This document shows positions 27,535 through 35,542 of a DNA stretch of 64,000 nucleotides, piece after piece. Under the pieces are notes generated by a model, which made no database searches, was not told where the DNA came from, and worked only from the letters and a program-made list of their open reading frames with translations. The DNA comes from Abditibacterium sp. GTDB lineage: Bacteria > Armatimonadota > Abditibacteriia > Abditibacteriales > Abditibacteriaceae. Each line of letters opens with the position of its first letter. Positions within the stretch are counted from its first letter, which is position 1. Location: NCBI GenBank assembly GCA_965246885.1, contig OZ251992.1, positions 1,088,001-1,152,000 on the forward strand, written 5' to 3'. Position numbers and translations under genes: made by a program.

Positions 27535-27642
27535 ATGTCTTTAGAACGCCAAAAGGAAATCAAGCGCCGCCGCAAGCGCCGCGAAGAGCGCGAGCGCGAA
27601 GCGAAAAAGACCGCGATTGCGGCCTCGGCAGCGAAGAAATAA
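27535..27642 (+). CDS. 35-aa highly basic microprotein (DUF6800-like, uncertain)
   Basis: Strong AGGAGGTG SD at 27521-27528; MSLERQKEIKRRRKRREEREREAKKTAIAASAAKK; below the ORF-track cutoff. Confidence 0.7.
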   Translation: MSLERQKEIKRRRKRREEREREAKKTAIAASAAKK

Positions 27643-27741
27643 AGGAGCGCGCGCTTCGGGATGGTCGTCGCGTCTTAGGACGCGACGACGACACCTGCTG
27701 GCTCCCCTTTTCGCCATATGCGCTAAAACTCTCCTTTACGC

Positions 27742-28425
27742 ATGATTAACGTCGCTTTGGCTTCGGCAGACCGCAAATACGCGCGCGAGTTGCGCTTGCA
27801 ACTCGTCGGCTGGGGTTATCGCCCTTGGATGGCCGACCCCGAAGAACCTTTCGTCGAGCAAATCCAAGATAGGGGCGCCGACCTCATCATCCTCGACTTC
27901 ACCTCCAGCACCACCGACCCCACCTCCGCCGTGCGGATGCTCAAAAACGACCGCGAACTCAAGCACATCCCCGTCGTGGCCTTGGTGGACGCGCGCGACA
28001 CGGTCAACCTCGACTTTTCCATCGGCCTCGAAGACTTCCTCGTGCGCACCGATAGTTTCGAGGAACTCAATACCCGCATCCGCTTCGTCATGTGGCGATT
28101 GTCCAAGGTGGACTCTAAAGACACCATCAAGGCAGGCAGTTTACTGATGAACCTTGCCAGTTACTCGGTCTCCATCCGGGGCGAACTGTTGGAGCTTACC
28201 TACAAAGAGTTCGAGTTACTGCGTTTTCTGCTCACCCACCGGGGCCGCGTCTTTTCGCGCGACGCCCTGCTACGCCACGTCTGGGGCGAGGAGTATTTAG
28301 GCGGCACCCGCACGGTGGATGTCCACATCCGCCGACTGCGCGCCAAAATCGGCCCGCAATTCGACGAACTCATCCAAACCGTGCGCAACGTGGGGTATAA
28401 GATGATCGAAGAGAATAAGGCGTGA
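27742..28425 (+). CDS. OmpR-family response regulator with atypical receiver (GlnR-like)
   Basis: LTYKEFELLRFL.H.GRVFSR..LL..VWG..Y.GGTRTVDVHIRRLRAKIG; receiver lacks the N-terminal acidic pair and the conserved Lys-Pro. Confidence 0.85.
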   Translation: MINVALASADRKYARELRLQLVGWGYRPWMADPEEPFVEQIQDRGADLIILDFTSSTTDPTSAVRMLKNDRELKHIPVVALVDARDTVNLDFSIGLEDFLVRTDSFEELNTRIRFVMWRLSKVDSKDTIKAGSLLMNLASYSVSIRGELLELTYKEFELLRFLLTHRGRVFSRDALLRHVWGEEYLGGTRTVDVHIRRLRAKIGPQFDELIQTVRNVGYKMIEENKA

Positions 28426-28468
28426 AACGGCGCCACCTTCTCCCTTTGAGTATGTCACATGGGTCACG

Positions 28469-29104
28469 ATGAAACTCCGCTTCCTGCCCGCGATAGCCGT
28501 TGGTGTCTGCACATTAGGATGGACAGCGTGGGCACAGAAAAAGCCCGCGACGCTCCCCGGAATTGCGGGCTACACCACGTGGCGCGAAGTGACCCAGAAG
28601 CCCGTCGAGATGGCGCCCGTTGTGGCTATTGCGTGCGCGCCCGGAGGCCCGTTGCCCACGCAAGCGCCGCCTCCGCCGACCGTGAGGGGCACGCAGGGGC
28701 CACACGCGAAGAAATACATCCGCGTCTTCGTCAACAGCATCGGCGAAGCGGCGATGACCACCCAGAAAGAGCCGCGCTTTCCCGTTGGCAGCGTCATCGT
28801 CAAGCAAAAACTGCCGCTCATAAAAAGCAAGGGGAAGACCCAACGGATTAGCCTCAGCCCCGAACTGCTGACGGTAATGATCAAACGCGCGCCGGGTTAC
28901 GACAAAGCTAATGGCGACTGGGAATACATGGCAACCGACGGCCCCGGCCAGCACGCGAGCCAGCGCGGACAAGTCGAGTCGTGCCAGAATTGCCACCGCC
29001 CCTTCGAGAAGACCGATTACGTCGTGCGCTCCTATTTGCCCAAAGAAGTCCTCGCAGCCTTGAAAGACACCGACGCCGCTACCCCCACGCCAACTGAGCC
29101 GTAA
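28469..29104 (+). CDS. Cytochrome P460 family protein
   Basis: Signal peptide; FPVGSVIVKQK, VMIKR..GYD...GDWEY, C-terminal CQNCH heme motif. Confidence 0.8.
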   Translation: MKLRFLPAIAVGVCTLGWTAWAQKKPATLPGIAGYTTWREVTQKPVEMAPVVAIACAPGGPLPTQAPPPPTVRGTQGPHAKKYIRVFVNSIGEAAMTTQKEPRFPVGSVIVKQKLPLIKSKGKTQRISLSPELLTVMIKRAPGYDKANGDWEYMATDGPGQHASQRGQVESCQNCHRPFEKTDYVVRSYLPKEVLAALKDTDAATPTPTEP

Positions 29105-29179
29105 AGGGCGGACGAATACGCGATTCGCTAAGCAGAGACAGAAGAGGACGCGAAAGCAAACTAAATCTCCAAGGAAGAA

Positions 29180-29608
29180 ATGAACGACATCCACACTGAA
29201 ATCCTCGTCTCCGAGCCAGCCTTGGCTTATGCCCGTTTGCCGTATCGCATCGAATTAATACCCGACGAGAGTGGCGGCGAGCCATGTGTTGTGGCGCGTC
29301 ACCCAGAGTTCGCCGGTTGCATGGCGTTTGGCGCGACTCCCGAAGAGGCTATCAACGAACTAAACGAAGTGCGTGCTGAGTTCATTCAAGTTTTGCTCGA
29401 CGCGGGCGCGCCTATTCCTTTGCCGCTTCCGCATGTGCTTGTCAGTTCCAGTACACAGGGTATGAGTTCAATTAGCATCCACTTTCTCGGCCCCAATGCC
29501 TCCGCTTTGCGCGAGCCTGCCGCTGCTCGCAACGATCTTTTTCCGTCGAGGCGCGTGCTGCGCCCGTTCTCTTACCAAGAGGGTTCTGGCGTGTTGTGCG
29601 GCGCCTAA
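29180..29608 (+). CDS. HicB-like antitoxin
   Basis: YRIELIPDE.G...VARHPEFAGCMAFGATPEEAINEL......L..G.PIPLP. Confidence 0.75.
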   Translation: MNDIHTEILVSEPALAYARLPYRIELIPDESGGEPCVVARHPEFAGCMAFGATPEEAINELNEVRAEFIQVLLDAGAPIPLPLPHVLVSSSTQGMSSISIHFLGPNASALREPAAARNDLFPSRRVLRPFSYQEGSGVLCGA

Positions 29609-29623
29609 AAGTGGGTTTTCCAC

Positions 29624-31528
29624 TCACCCCACCCGCGTGAGCAGTTCCAGCAGTTCTTGCATTTTCTCGGCGAGGGGGCGGGTCATGCCTTGGACGGAGG
29701 TGAGTTCGTCCACACTCGCGGCGCGGATTTTTTGCAGGGAGCCGAAGTGGGTGAGGAGGGCGTTGCGGCGGGTGTCGCCAATGCCGGGGATGTCGTCGAG
29801 GAGGGATTTGGTGGCGTCTTTGCCGCGCCGTTTGCGGTGGTGGGTGATGGCGAAGCGGTGCGCTTCGTCGCGGATGCGTTGGAGCAAATGGAGGGCGGGC
29901 GCGTTGCGGGGCAGGGCGATGGGTTCGGATTGGCCGGGAACGAAAAGAAGCTCGAACTGTTTGGCGAGGCCCGCGACGGGGATGTCTTGCAGGTTCTTCT
30001 CTTGGAGAACGGAGTAGGCGACGGACAACTGGCCTTTGCCGCCATCTATGAGGAGCAAGTCGGGCAGGGGCAGGAACTTCTCGTCGCCCGCGAGGGCGCG
30101 GTCGAAGCGGCGGCGCAGCACCTCGCGCATCATCTCGAAGTCGTTCGGCTCGGTTCCGCCGGTGATTGCGAGGGCGTGCTTGATGGTGAAGTGGCGGTAG
30201 GCCTTTTTGTCGGTCTTGCCCCCGGTTGCGACGACCATCGAGCCGACGCTGTTGGAGCCTTGGATGGTGGAAATGTCGAAACACTCGATGCGGTTGGGAA
30301 GAGTGTCGAGGCCCAGTTGCTTTTGCAGGTCGCTAAGCAGCGATTCGTTGACCTGTGCGGCGGTAGCGTTGTAAGCGAGGTGCGACTTGAGGGCTTCGCG
30401 CGCGTTGGTGGTGGCGAGTTCGACGACGCGCACCTTGTCGCCGCGCTGAGGCTGTTTGACTTCGATCTTGCGCCCCGCTTTATCGGACAGCCACTCGCCG
30501 ATGGCGTCGGCGTCTTCTAAATCGGCGGGCGTGAGGACTTCGCGCGGCACGCCGACCGGCCCCTCGTAATGCTGGCGCACGAAGACGGACACCACTTCAG
30601 CGTCGCTGGCGCCTTCGATGTTCTGAAGGAAGAAGTGCTGGTCGCCGATGAGCTTGCCGTTGCGCACGACAAGCACGGCGACCGATGCGATGCCCGCTTC
30701 GATGCGCAGACCGACGGCGTCATATTCGTCGCTTTGGTTGGAAACGACCTGCTGCTTTTCGAGGACGGCGCGCACCGCTTCGATTTGGTCGCGCAGTTTG
30801 GCGGCGCGCTCGAACTCCATCGCTTCGGCGGCCTGCCCCATGCCCGCTTCCAACTCGCGGAGCACCTCGCCGCCTTTGCCTTCGAGGAAGTTCTTCAGTT
30901 CGCGGGCTTGGGCGCGGTATTGCTCTGGTTCGACAAACGCCACGCACGGCGCGGTGCAACGGTCTATGTGGTATTCGAGGCACGGCTTGTCGAGGAGTTG
31001 TTTCGTGTCGCGCCAAGGACAGCCGCCCCAACGTTTGTCGCCCATGAGCGCACCCGTTCTCACCTTGAATACGCGCTTGGCGAGCGCGACCGTTTGGCGC
31101 ATCTTGCCAGAGTTGGCGTAGGGGCCGAAGTAAATCGCCTTGTCGTTTTTGGGCGTGCGCACTTCGAGCAGCGCCGGGAACTCGTCGGAAAGCGTGATTT
31201 TGAGGTAGGGATACCGCTTGTCGTCCTTGAGCCGGATGTTGAGCGGCGGCTTATGCATCTTGACGAGGTTATTTTCCAGAATCAGCGCGTCCTTTTCCGA
31301 CCGCGTGACGATGGTCTCGACATCCACCGACAGCTTGGCGATCTTGCGCGTGAGCGGCGAGTGCCCGCCATCCTTGCCGAAGTAAGAGCGCACCCGCGAG
31401 CGCAAATTGCGCGCTTTGCCGATGTACAGCACCTTGCCAGCCGCGTCCTTATGGATATACACGCCGGGGGTTTCGGGCAAGTTTGCCAAACGCTCTTCGA
31501 GGGAAACGGCGGGGTTTTCGGTGGACAT
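29624..31528 (-). CDS. uvrC: Excinuclease ABC subunit C
   Basis: PETPGVY..YIGKARNLRSRV GIY-YIG domain, RIECFDIS, LPDLLLIDGGKGQL, RDEAHRFA, HhH. Confidence 0.97.
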   Translation of the reverse strand: MSTENPAVSLEERLANLPETPGVYIHKDAAGKVLYIGKARNLRSRVRSYFGKDGGHSPLTRKIAKLSVDVETIVTRSEKDALILENNLVKMHKPPLNIRLKDDKRYPYLKITLSDEFPALLEVRTPKNDKAIYFGPYANSGKMRQTVALAKRVFKVRTGALMGDKRWGGCPWRDTKQLLDKPCLEYHIDRCTAPCVAFVEPEQYRAQARELKNFLEGKGGEVLRELEAGMGQAAEAMEFERAAKLRDQIEAVRAVLEKQQVVSNQSDEYDAVGLRIEAGIASVAVLVVRNGKLIGDQHFFLQNIEGASDAEVVSVFVRQHYEGPVGVPREVLTPADLEDADAIGEWLSDKAGRKIEVKQPQRGDKVRVVELATTNAREALKSHLAYNATAAQVNESLLSDLQKQLGLDTLPNRIECFDISTIQGSNSVGSMVVATGGKTDKKAYRHFTIKHALAITGGTEPNDFEMMREVLRRRFDRALAGDEKFLPLPDLLLIDGGKGQLSVAYSVLQEKNLQDIPVAGLAKQFELLFVPGQSEPIALPRNAPALHLLQRIRDEAHRFAITHHRKRRGKDATKSLLDDIPGIGDTRRNALLTHFGSLQKIRAASVDELTSVQGMTRPLAEKMQELLELLTRVG

Positions 31529-31741
31529 TAAAGCCAAGGGACGAACGGGCGCGCGCGAGTTTCCCTTCCCTGCATAGTGCTTCCGCCCGACTCCCGAAAC
31601 TTTGCCAGAAACAGCGCGTTGGCTTTATAAAGCCAATGGGGTGCGAGTGTGGATGAAATCCCAGAGTGGCGAGCGAAACCATCGCGTAAGCTTTTTCATC
31701 GGAATAAGCGCCCGTTCAATGGGCCTTTTCAGGAAACCACT

Positions 31742-32137
31742 ATGAAAACCACCAAATTGCTCGTTATGCTCGCCCTCGGTTTGGGCACTCTGTCCGTTGT
31801 GAAGGCGCCCGTCTTCGCTAAAGGCCACCACACGCACGTCGCCAAAAACCCGCTCGGCTTGTCGGCGGATCAAAAGAGCGGCATTGCGCCCATCCGCAAA
31901 GATGCCAAAACGCAAATCAAGGCGCTCAAGGCCGACAAGTCGCTTTCCAAAGCCGACCGCAAAGCCAAAATCAAGGCCATCAAAGCCGACCGCGACGCCA
32001 AAGAGAACGCCCTCTTGACGCCCGCCCAGCAGCAAGAGCGCGACGCGCGCCGCGCCCAAAAGAAGGCCGACCGCAAAGCCAAGCGCGACGCTAAAAAGGC
32101 TGCCAAAGCCGCGACTCCCGCCAAAGCTGGCGCGTGA
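31742..32137 (+). CDS. Secreted Lys/Ala-rich helical protein (Spy/CpxP-like LT.xQ motifs)
   Basis: Signal peptide; LGLSADQK and LLTPAQQ. Confidence 0.7.
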   Translation: MKTTKLLVMLALGLGTLSVVKAPVFAKGHHTHVAKNPLGLSADQKSGIAPIRKDAKTQIKALKADKSLSKADRKAKIKAIKADRDAKENALLTPAQQQERDARRAQKKADRKAKRDAKKAAKAATPAKAGA

Positions 32138-32148
32138 CGAATTGAACT

Positions 32149-32188
32149 AACGACGCCCGCCGCTTCAAGGGAAGCGGCGGGCGTCGTT
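32149..32188. terminator. Strong hairpin between convergent genes
   Basis: AACGACGCCCGCCGCTTC-AAGG-GAAGCGGCGGGCGTCGTT. Confidence 0.7.
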
Positions 32189-32200
32189 GTATGGGAGAGG

Positions 32201-32794
32201 TTACGCGGCGGAGTGCGCCAACTCTTTGGCTTTTTCAACCGAACCGTCCAAATTGGACTCGTTCGAGAGCGTCTTTTCGTCGTTGAGGACTTCCACGTCG
32301 GTGATGCCGATTAAGCCGAAGATGGTGCGCAGGTAGGGGTCTTGGAAGTTGTTCTGGGAGCCGTAGCCGCCGCCGCCGCGCGCTTGAAGCAGGAACATCT
32401 TTTTGCCCGTGACGAGGCCCTGATAATCGGGGAAGGTAAAGGTGCGACCGGGGCGGACGATTTGGTCAATGTAAGCCTTCAAGGTCGAGGGAATCGAGAA
32501 GTTATACATCGGCACGCCTACGACGATGATGTCGGCGGCGATCAGTTCGGCGATCAGTTCTTCCGATTCGCGCAGGGCGGCAGTGTGGTCGGGGCCGTGC
32601 GTCGAAGGGTCGGAGTAGGTCGCGGCGATCCACGTCTCGTCCACGTGTGCGGGCGGGTTGTGGCCGAGGTCGCGGTAAACGACCGTCGCGCCGGGGTGCT
32701 GTTGCTGTAACTCTTGGACAAAAGCGCGCGTCAGTTGGCGCGAGTGCGAACGTTCGCCACGCGGCGAAGAATCGAGATGCAAGATGGTGGGCAT
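32201..32794 (-). CDS. azoR: FMN-dependent NADH-azoreductase
   Basis: ILHLDSSPRG..S.SR.L, PMYNFSIPSTLKAYID, ARGGG. Confidence 0.9.
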   Translation of the reverse strand: MPTILHLDSSPRGERSHSRQLTRAFVQELQQQHPGATVVYRDLGHNPPAHVDETWIAATYSDPSTHGPDHTAALRESEELIAELIAADIIVVGVPMYNFSIPSTLKAYIDQIVRPGRTFTFPDYQGLVTGKKMFLLQARGGGGYGSQNNFQDPYLRTIFGLIGITDVEVLNDEKTLSNESNLDGSVEKAKELAHSAA

Positions 32795-32875
32795 AGTGGT
32801 GGTTGGCTGAAGCCGCGCGTGAATGTGCGCGAATCGGGCCGGAGTGCGACGTCTTGGAAATTCTCAGATGGGAAG

Positions 32876-34126
32876 CTACAACGCGTGGATGAGACCAACG
32901 ACAAGGCCGAGGGCGAAACCCATCAACACGCCGATAAAAATGTTTTGGGCCATGCTCGTCCGGCGAGTGCGCGGTCTGGTTGGAGCTTTCGTTTCGAGGA
33001 ACATAATCCACAACAGGAAAGCAGCGACTATGGCGGCGCCCGTCGCAATGGCTTTGGCCAACTCTTGATTCTCACCCTGAACCTTCGCGCCAAAGCCCGC
33101 CAAGCACAGCAGCGATTCGCTCAAGAAGCCCAGCATCCACATCGGCATCACATGCGCGTCGAATACTGAACCGTCGTCTATTGTCCGCTTCTGCCCGACC
33201 AACTCCCCCAACCGCGCGTCGTCCACATCCGCCAGCACGCGCGCGGCTTCGTCGGGCACGTCGCGGCCCCACGTGAGGCGTTCGCGGACGGTCGCGGGGC
33301 GGGGGAGGAGGCCGAGGAGGATGTGTTCGGTTCCGATGAACTTCGCGCCGCGCGCCTGCGCTTCGGTTTTGGCGCGGTCGAGGGCGCGCTTGGCGGCGGG
33401 GGCGAAGCGTTTGTTTGGCGTGGCGAGTTCGCCGTCCGAACGCACGGCGGCGCGGGTCGCGGCCTTCAACTCGTCGGGCAAAACGCCGAGTTCTTCGAGC
33501 AATTCGCGGGCGCGGGTGTCAGATTCAAGCAATCCCAGCAGCAAATGCGCCGTCCCGATGCGTCCGCAATACGTCGCGCGCATGGCGGCATAGGCGGCCT
33601 CAACCGCTTTCTGCGCGCCGTCGGTGAGGCGGGAAAGCGGGTGGTTGGGGTGCCGCGCTTGGTCGTCGTCGGGGTCGCCGCCTTGAACCCACTGGAAACG
33701 CAGCGCGTCTTCGTCCCAACCGAGCGGGGCCAATATCGTCAGAAGCGCCGTGTCGTCTTGCGGCGCCAAGCACGCGAACAGAATGTGTTCGGGTTCCACG
33801 TAGGGCACGCCCATCCTTTGCGCGTTCTCCGCGCTCAATTTAACGACGTGCGCGCCGCCCGGTGACAGCTTTAGCCCGTCGCCCTCGGCGCTTGGCTCGG
33901 ATTCGGCGCGCGGCTCAAGGGCGGCGCGGGCGTAGAGTTTGGCTTCTTCGATGCTCCACCCCAACCGTTCGAGAGCCGCGCGCATGGGTTCTCCGGGCCG
34001 GTCGAAAAACTCCAGCGCGGCGATGAACAAGGCGGGCACGCCGATAGTGGCGCAGTTCTCCTCGACGCTGATTTGCTGCGCGCGCAAAATTAGGCGCCGC
34101 GCGGGAAGGGAAAAGTGCTGCCACAT
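32876..34126 (-). CDS. Stand-alone Clp N-terminal repeat protein with C-terminal TM helices
   Basis: MWQHFS..ARRLI, YVEPEHILF, IGTAHLLLGLL, AKRALDRA.TEA...GAKFIGTEHILLGLL; no ATPase; hydrophobic C-terminal segments. Confidence 0.8.
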   Translation of the reverse strand: MWQHFSLPARRLILRAQQISVEENCATIGVPALFIAALEFFDRPGEPMRAALERLGWSIEEAKLYARAALEPRAESEPSAEGDGLKLSPGGAHVVKLSAENAQRMGVPYVEPEHILFACLAPQDDTALLTILAPLGWDEDALRFQWVQGGDPDDDQARHPNHPLSRLTDGAQKAVEAAYAAMRATYCGRIGTAHLLLGLLESDTRARELLEELGVLPDELKAATRAAVRSDGELATPNKRFAPAAKRALDRAKTEAQARGAKFIGTEHILLGLLPRPATVRERLTWGRDVPDEAARVLADVDDARLGELVGQKRTIDDGSVFDAHVMPMWMLGFLSESLLCLAGFGAKVQGENQELAKAIATGAAIVAAFLLWIMFLETKAPTRPRTRRTSMAQNIFIGVLMGFALGLVVGLIHAL

Positions 34127-34156
34127 GCAGGGGATTTTAGCGGTTCGGGAGACACG

Positions 34157-35254
34157 TTAGCCGCCCGCCGCTTTCCCTGCCAAGCGCGCCCTGAGGAGCA
34201 GCACGACCGCTGCTTCTTCGGGGCGGAGTTCGCGGAGTTCTTCCTCTAATTCGGCTTCGATTGCCTCGTGGAGGGAGCCGTCGAGGTAGCTCTCGAAGAT
34301 GGCGGGGTGGATATAGGCTTTGCGGCAGACGGCGGGGGTGTTGCCAAGGCGCCCGGCGACTTGTTTGACGCACTCGGCGATGTTTTTCTCCCCCGCTTTG
34401 GGGTCGTCACTCGCGCCGCACTCACGCAGGGCGACGCTGGCGGCGACGGTGCCTGCCCATGTGCGGAAGTCCTTGGCGGAAAACTCGCCGCCCGCGATTT
34501 CCTTGATGTAAGCGTTCACGTCGCTGCTTTTGATGTGGTGGAGCGTGCCCGCGTCGTCTTTGAACTGGAACAGCGACTGGCCGGGGAGGTCTTGCAGGTG
34601 GCGAATGACGCCCGCCAGTTTGCGGTCGCGCAGGTCTATGTCGTGCCACTTGTGGGACTTGCCCCGAAAGTGGAAGTGCGCGCGGGCGCCCGCGACTTCG
34701 ACGTGGCCATTCTGCATCGTCGTCAGGCCGACGGAATCGTTCTGGCGCGCGTATTCCTCGTTGCCGATGCGGATGGCGGTCTTTTCGAGCAGTTGGACAA
34801 GCGTCGCCAGCACCTTTTCGCGCCCAAAACCGGACTGAGCGAGGTGCTTCTCGGTCGCGGCGCGAATCTTCGGCAGGGCGGCGGCAAAAGCGATGGTGCG
34901 GGCGAATTTGGTCTCGTCGCGCGCTTCGCGCCAACGCGGGTGGTAGCGGTATTGCTTGCGCCCGCGCTCGTCCAAGCCGGTCGCTTGGATGTGGCCGTTC
35001 GGGTCGGGGCAAATCCAAACGCGCTTGTAAGCGGGCGGAACCGCGAGGGCGTTGATGCGCCCTACCTCGGCGGCGTCGGTGATTGGGCGCCCGTTCAGGT
35101 CGAAGTAGTCGAAACGTTTGCCGCGCTTTTTGCGGGTGAAGCCCGGTTCGTCGTCGGACACGTAGTGGAGGCCCGCGAGTTCGGCGCTTTCGTGCGGGTC
35201 GCGCTTGATTTCCAACTCGTCGAGGGGCGCGAGGGCGGCTGGTGCGGAGGTCAT
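34157..35254 (-). CDS. Bacterial DNA topoisomerase IB
   Basis: VPPAY..VWIC..P.GHIQATG.D.RGRKQYRYH, RIGNEEY, FRGKS, SAKDFRTW, LGNTPAVCRKAYIHP. Confidence 0.93.
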   Translation of the reverse strand: MTSAPAALAPLDELEIKRDPHESAELAGLHYVSDDEPGFTRKKRGKRFDYFDLNGRPITDAAEVGRINALAVPPAYKRVWICPDPNGHIQATGLDERGRKQYRYHPRWREARDETKFARTIAFAAALPKIRAATEKHLAQSGFGREKVLATLVQLLEKTAIRIGNEEYARQNDSVGLTTMQNGHVEVAGARAHFHFRGKSHKWHDIDLRDRKLAGVIRHLQDLPGQSLFQFKDDAGTLHHIKSSDVNAYIKEIAGGEFSAKDFRTWAGTVAASVALRECGASDDPKAGEKNIAECVKQVAGRLGNTPAVCRKAYIHPAIFESYLDGSLHEAIEAELEEELRELRPEEAAVVLLLRARLAGKAAGG

Positions 35255-35317
35255 GGCGCCGAGGAAAGGCAAGAGTGGGGCCGGGAGCGTGCGCGCGACT
35301 TCCATCGGCTCTTGATG

Positions 35318-35530
35318 GAAGTCAAGCTGCTCTCTCTGGAGTTCAAGCTGCTCTTGATGGAAGCCAAGCTGCTCTCTCTGGAGTTCAAGCTGCTCTCTCT
35401 GGAACTCCAGAAACTCTCTCTGGAAGCCAAGCTACTCTCTCTGGAACTCCAGAAACTCTCTCTGGAGTTCAAGCTACTCTCTCTGGAAGCCAAGCTACGA
35501 CCGCTTGAGTTCCAGAAAGAGTAGCTTGAA
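35318..35530. repeat. Intergenic 21-bp tandem array (about 9 units plus an inverted terminal unit)
   Basis: Units GA(A/G)nyCAAGCT(G/A)CTCTCTCTG and GAACTCCAGAAACTCTCTCTG; ends with CCAGAAAGAGTAGCTTGAAC, the reverse complement of a unit. Confidence 0.9.
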
Positions 35531-35542
35531 CCCATTTTCGGG

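Noticed and set aside
34157..35254. Type IB topoisomerase as a sign of viral origin
   Set aside because: Poxvirus-like TopIB is a well-known sporadic bacterial chromosomal gene; codon usage is host-like and there are no viral neighbours
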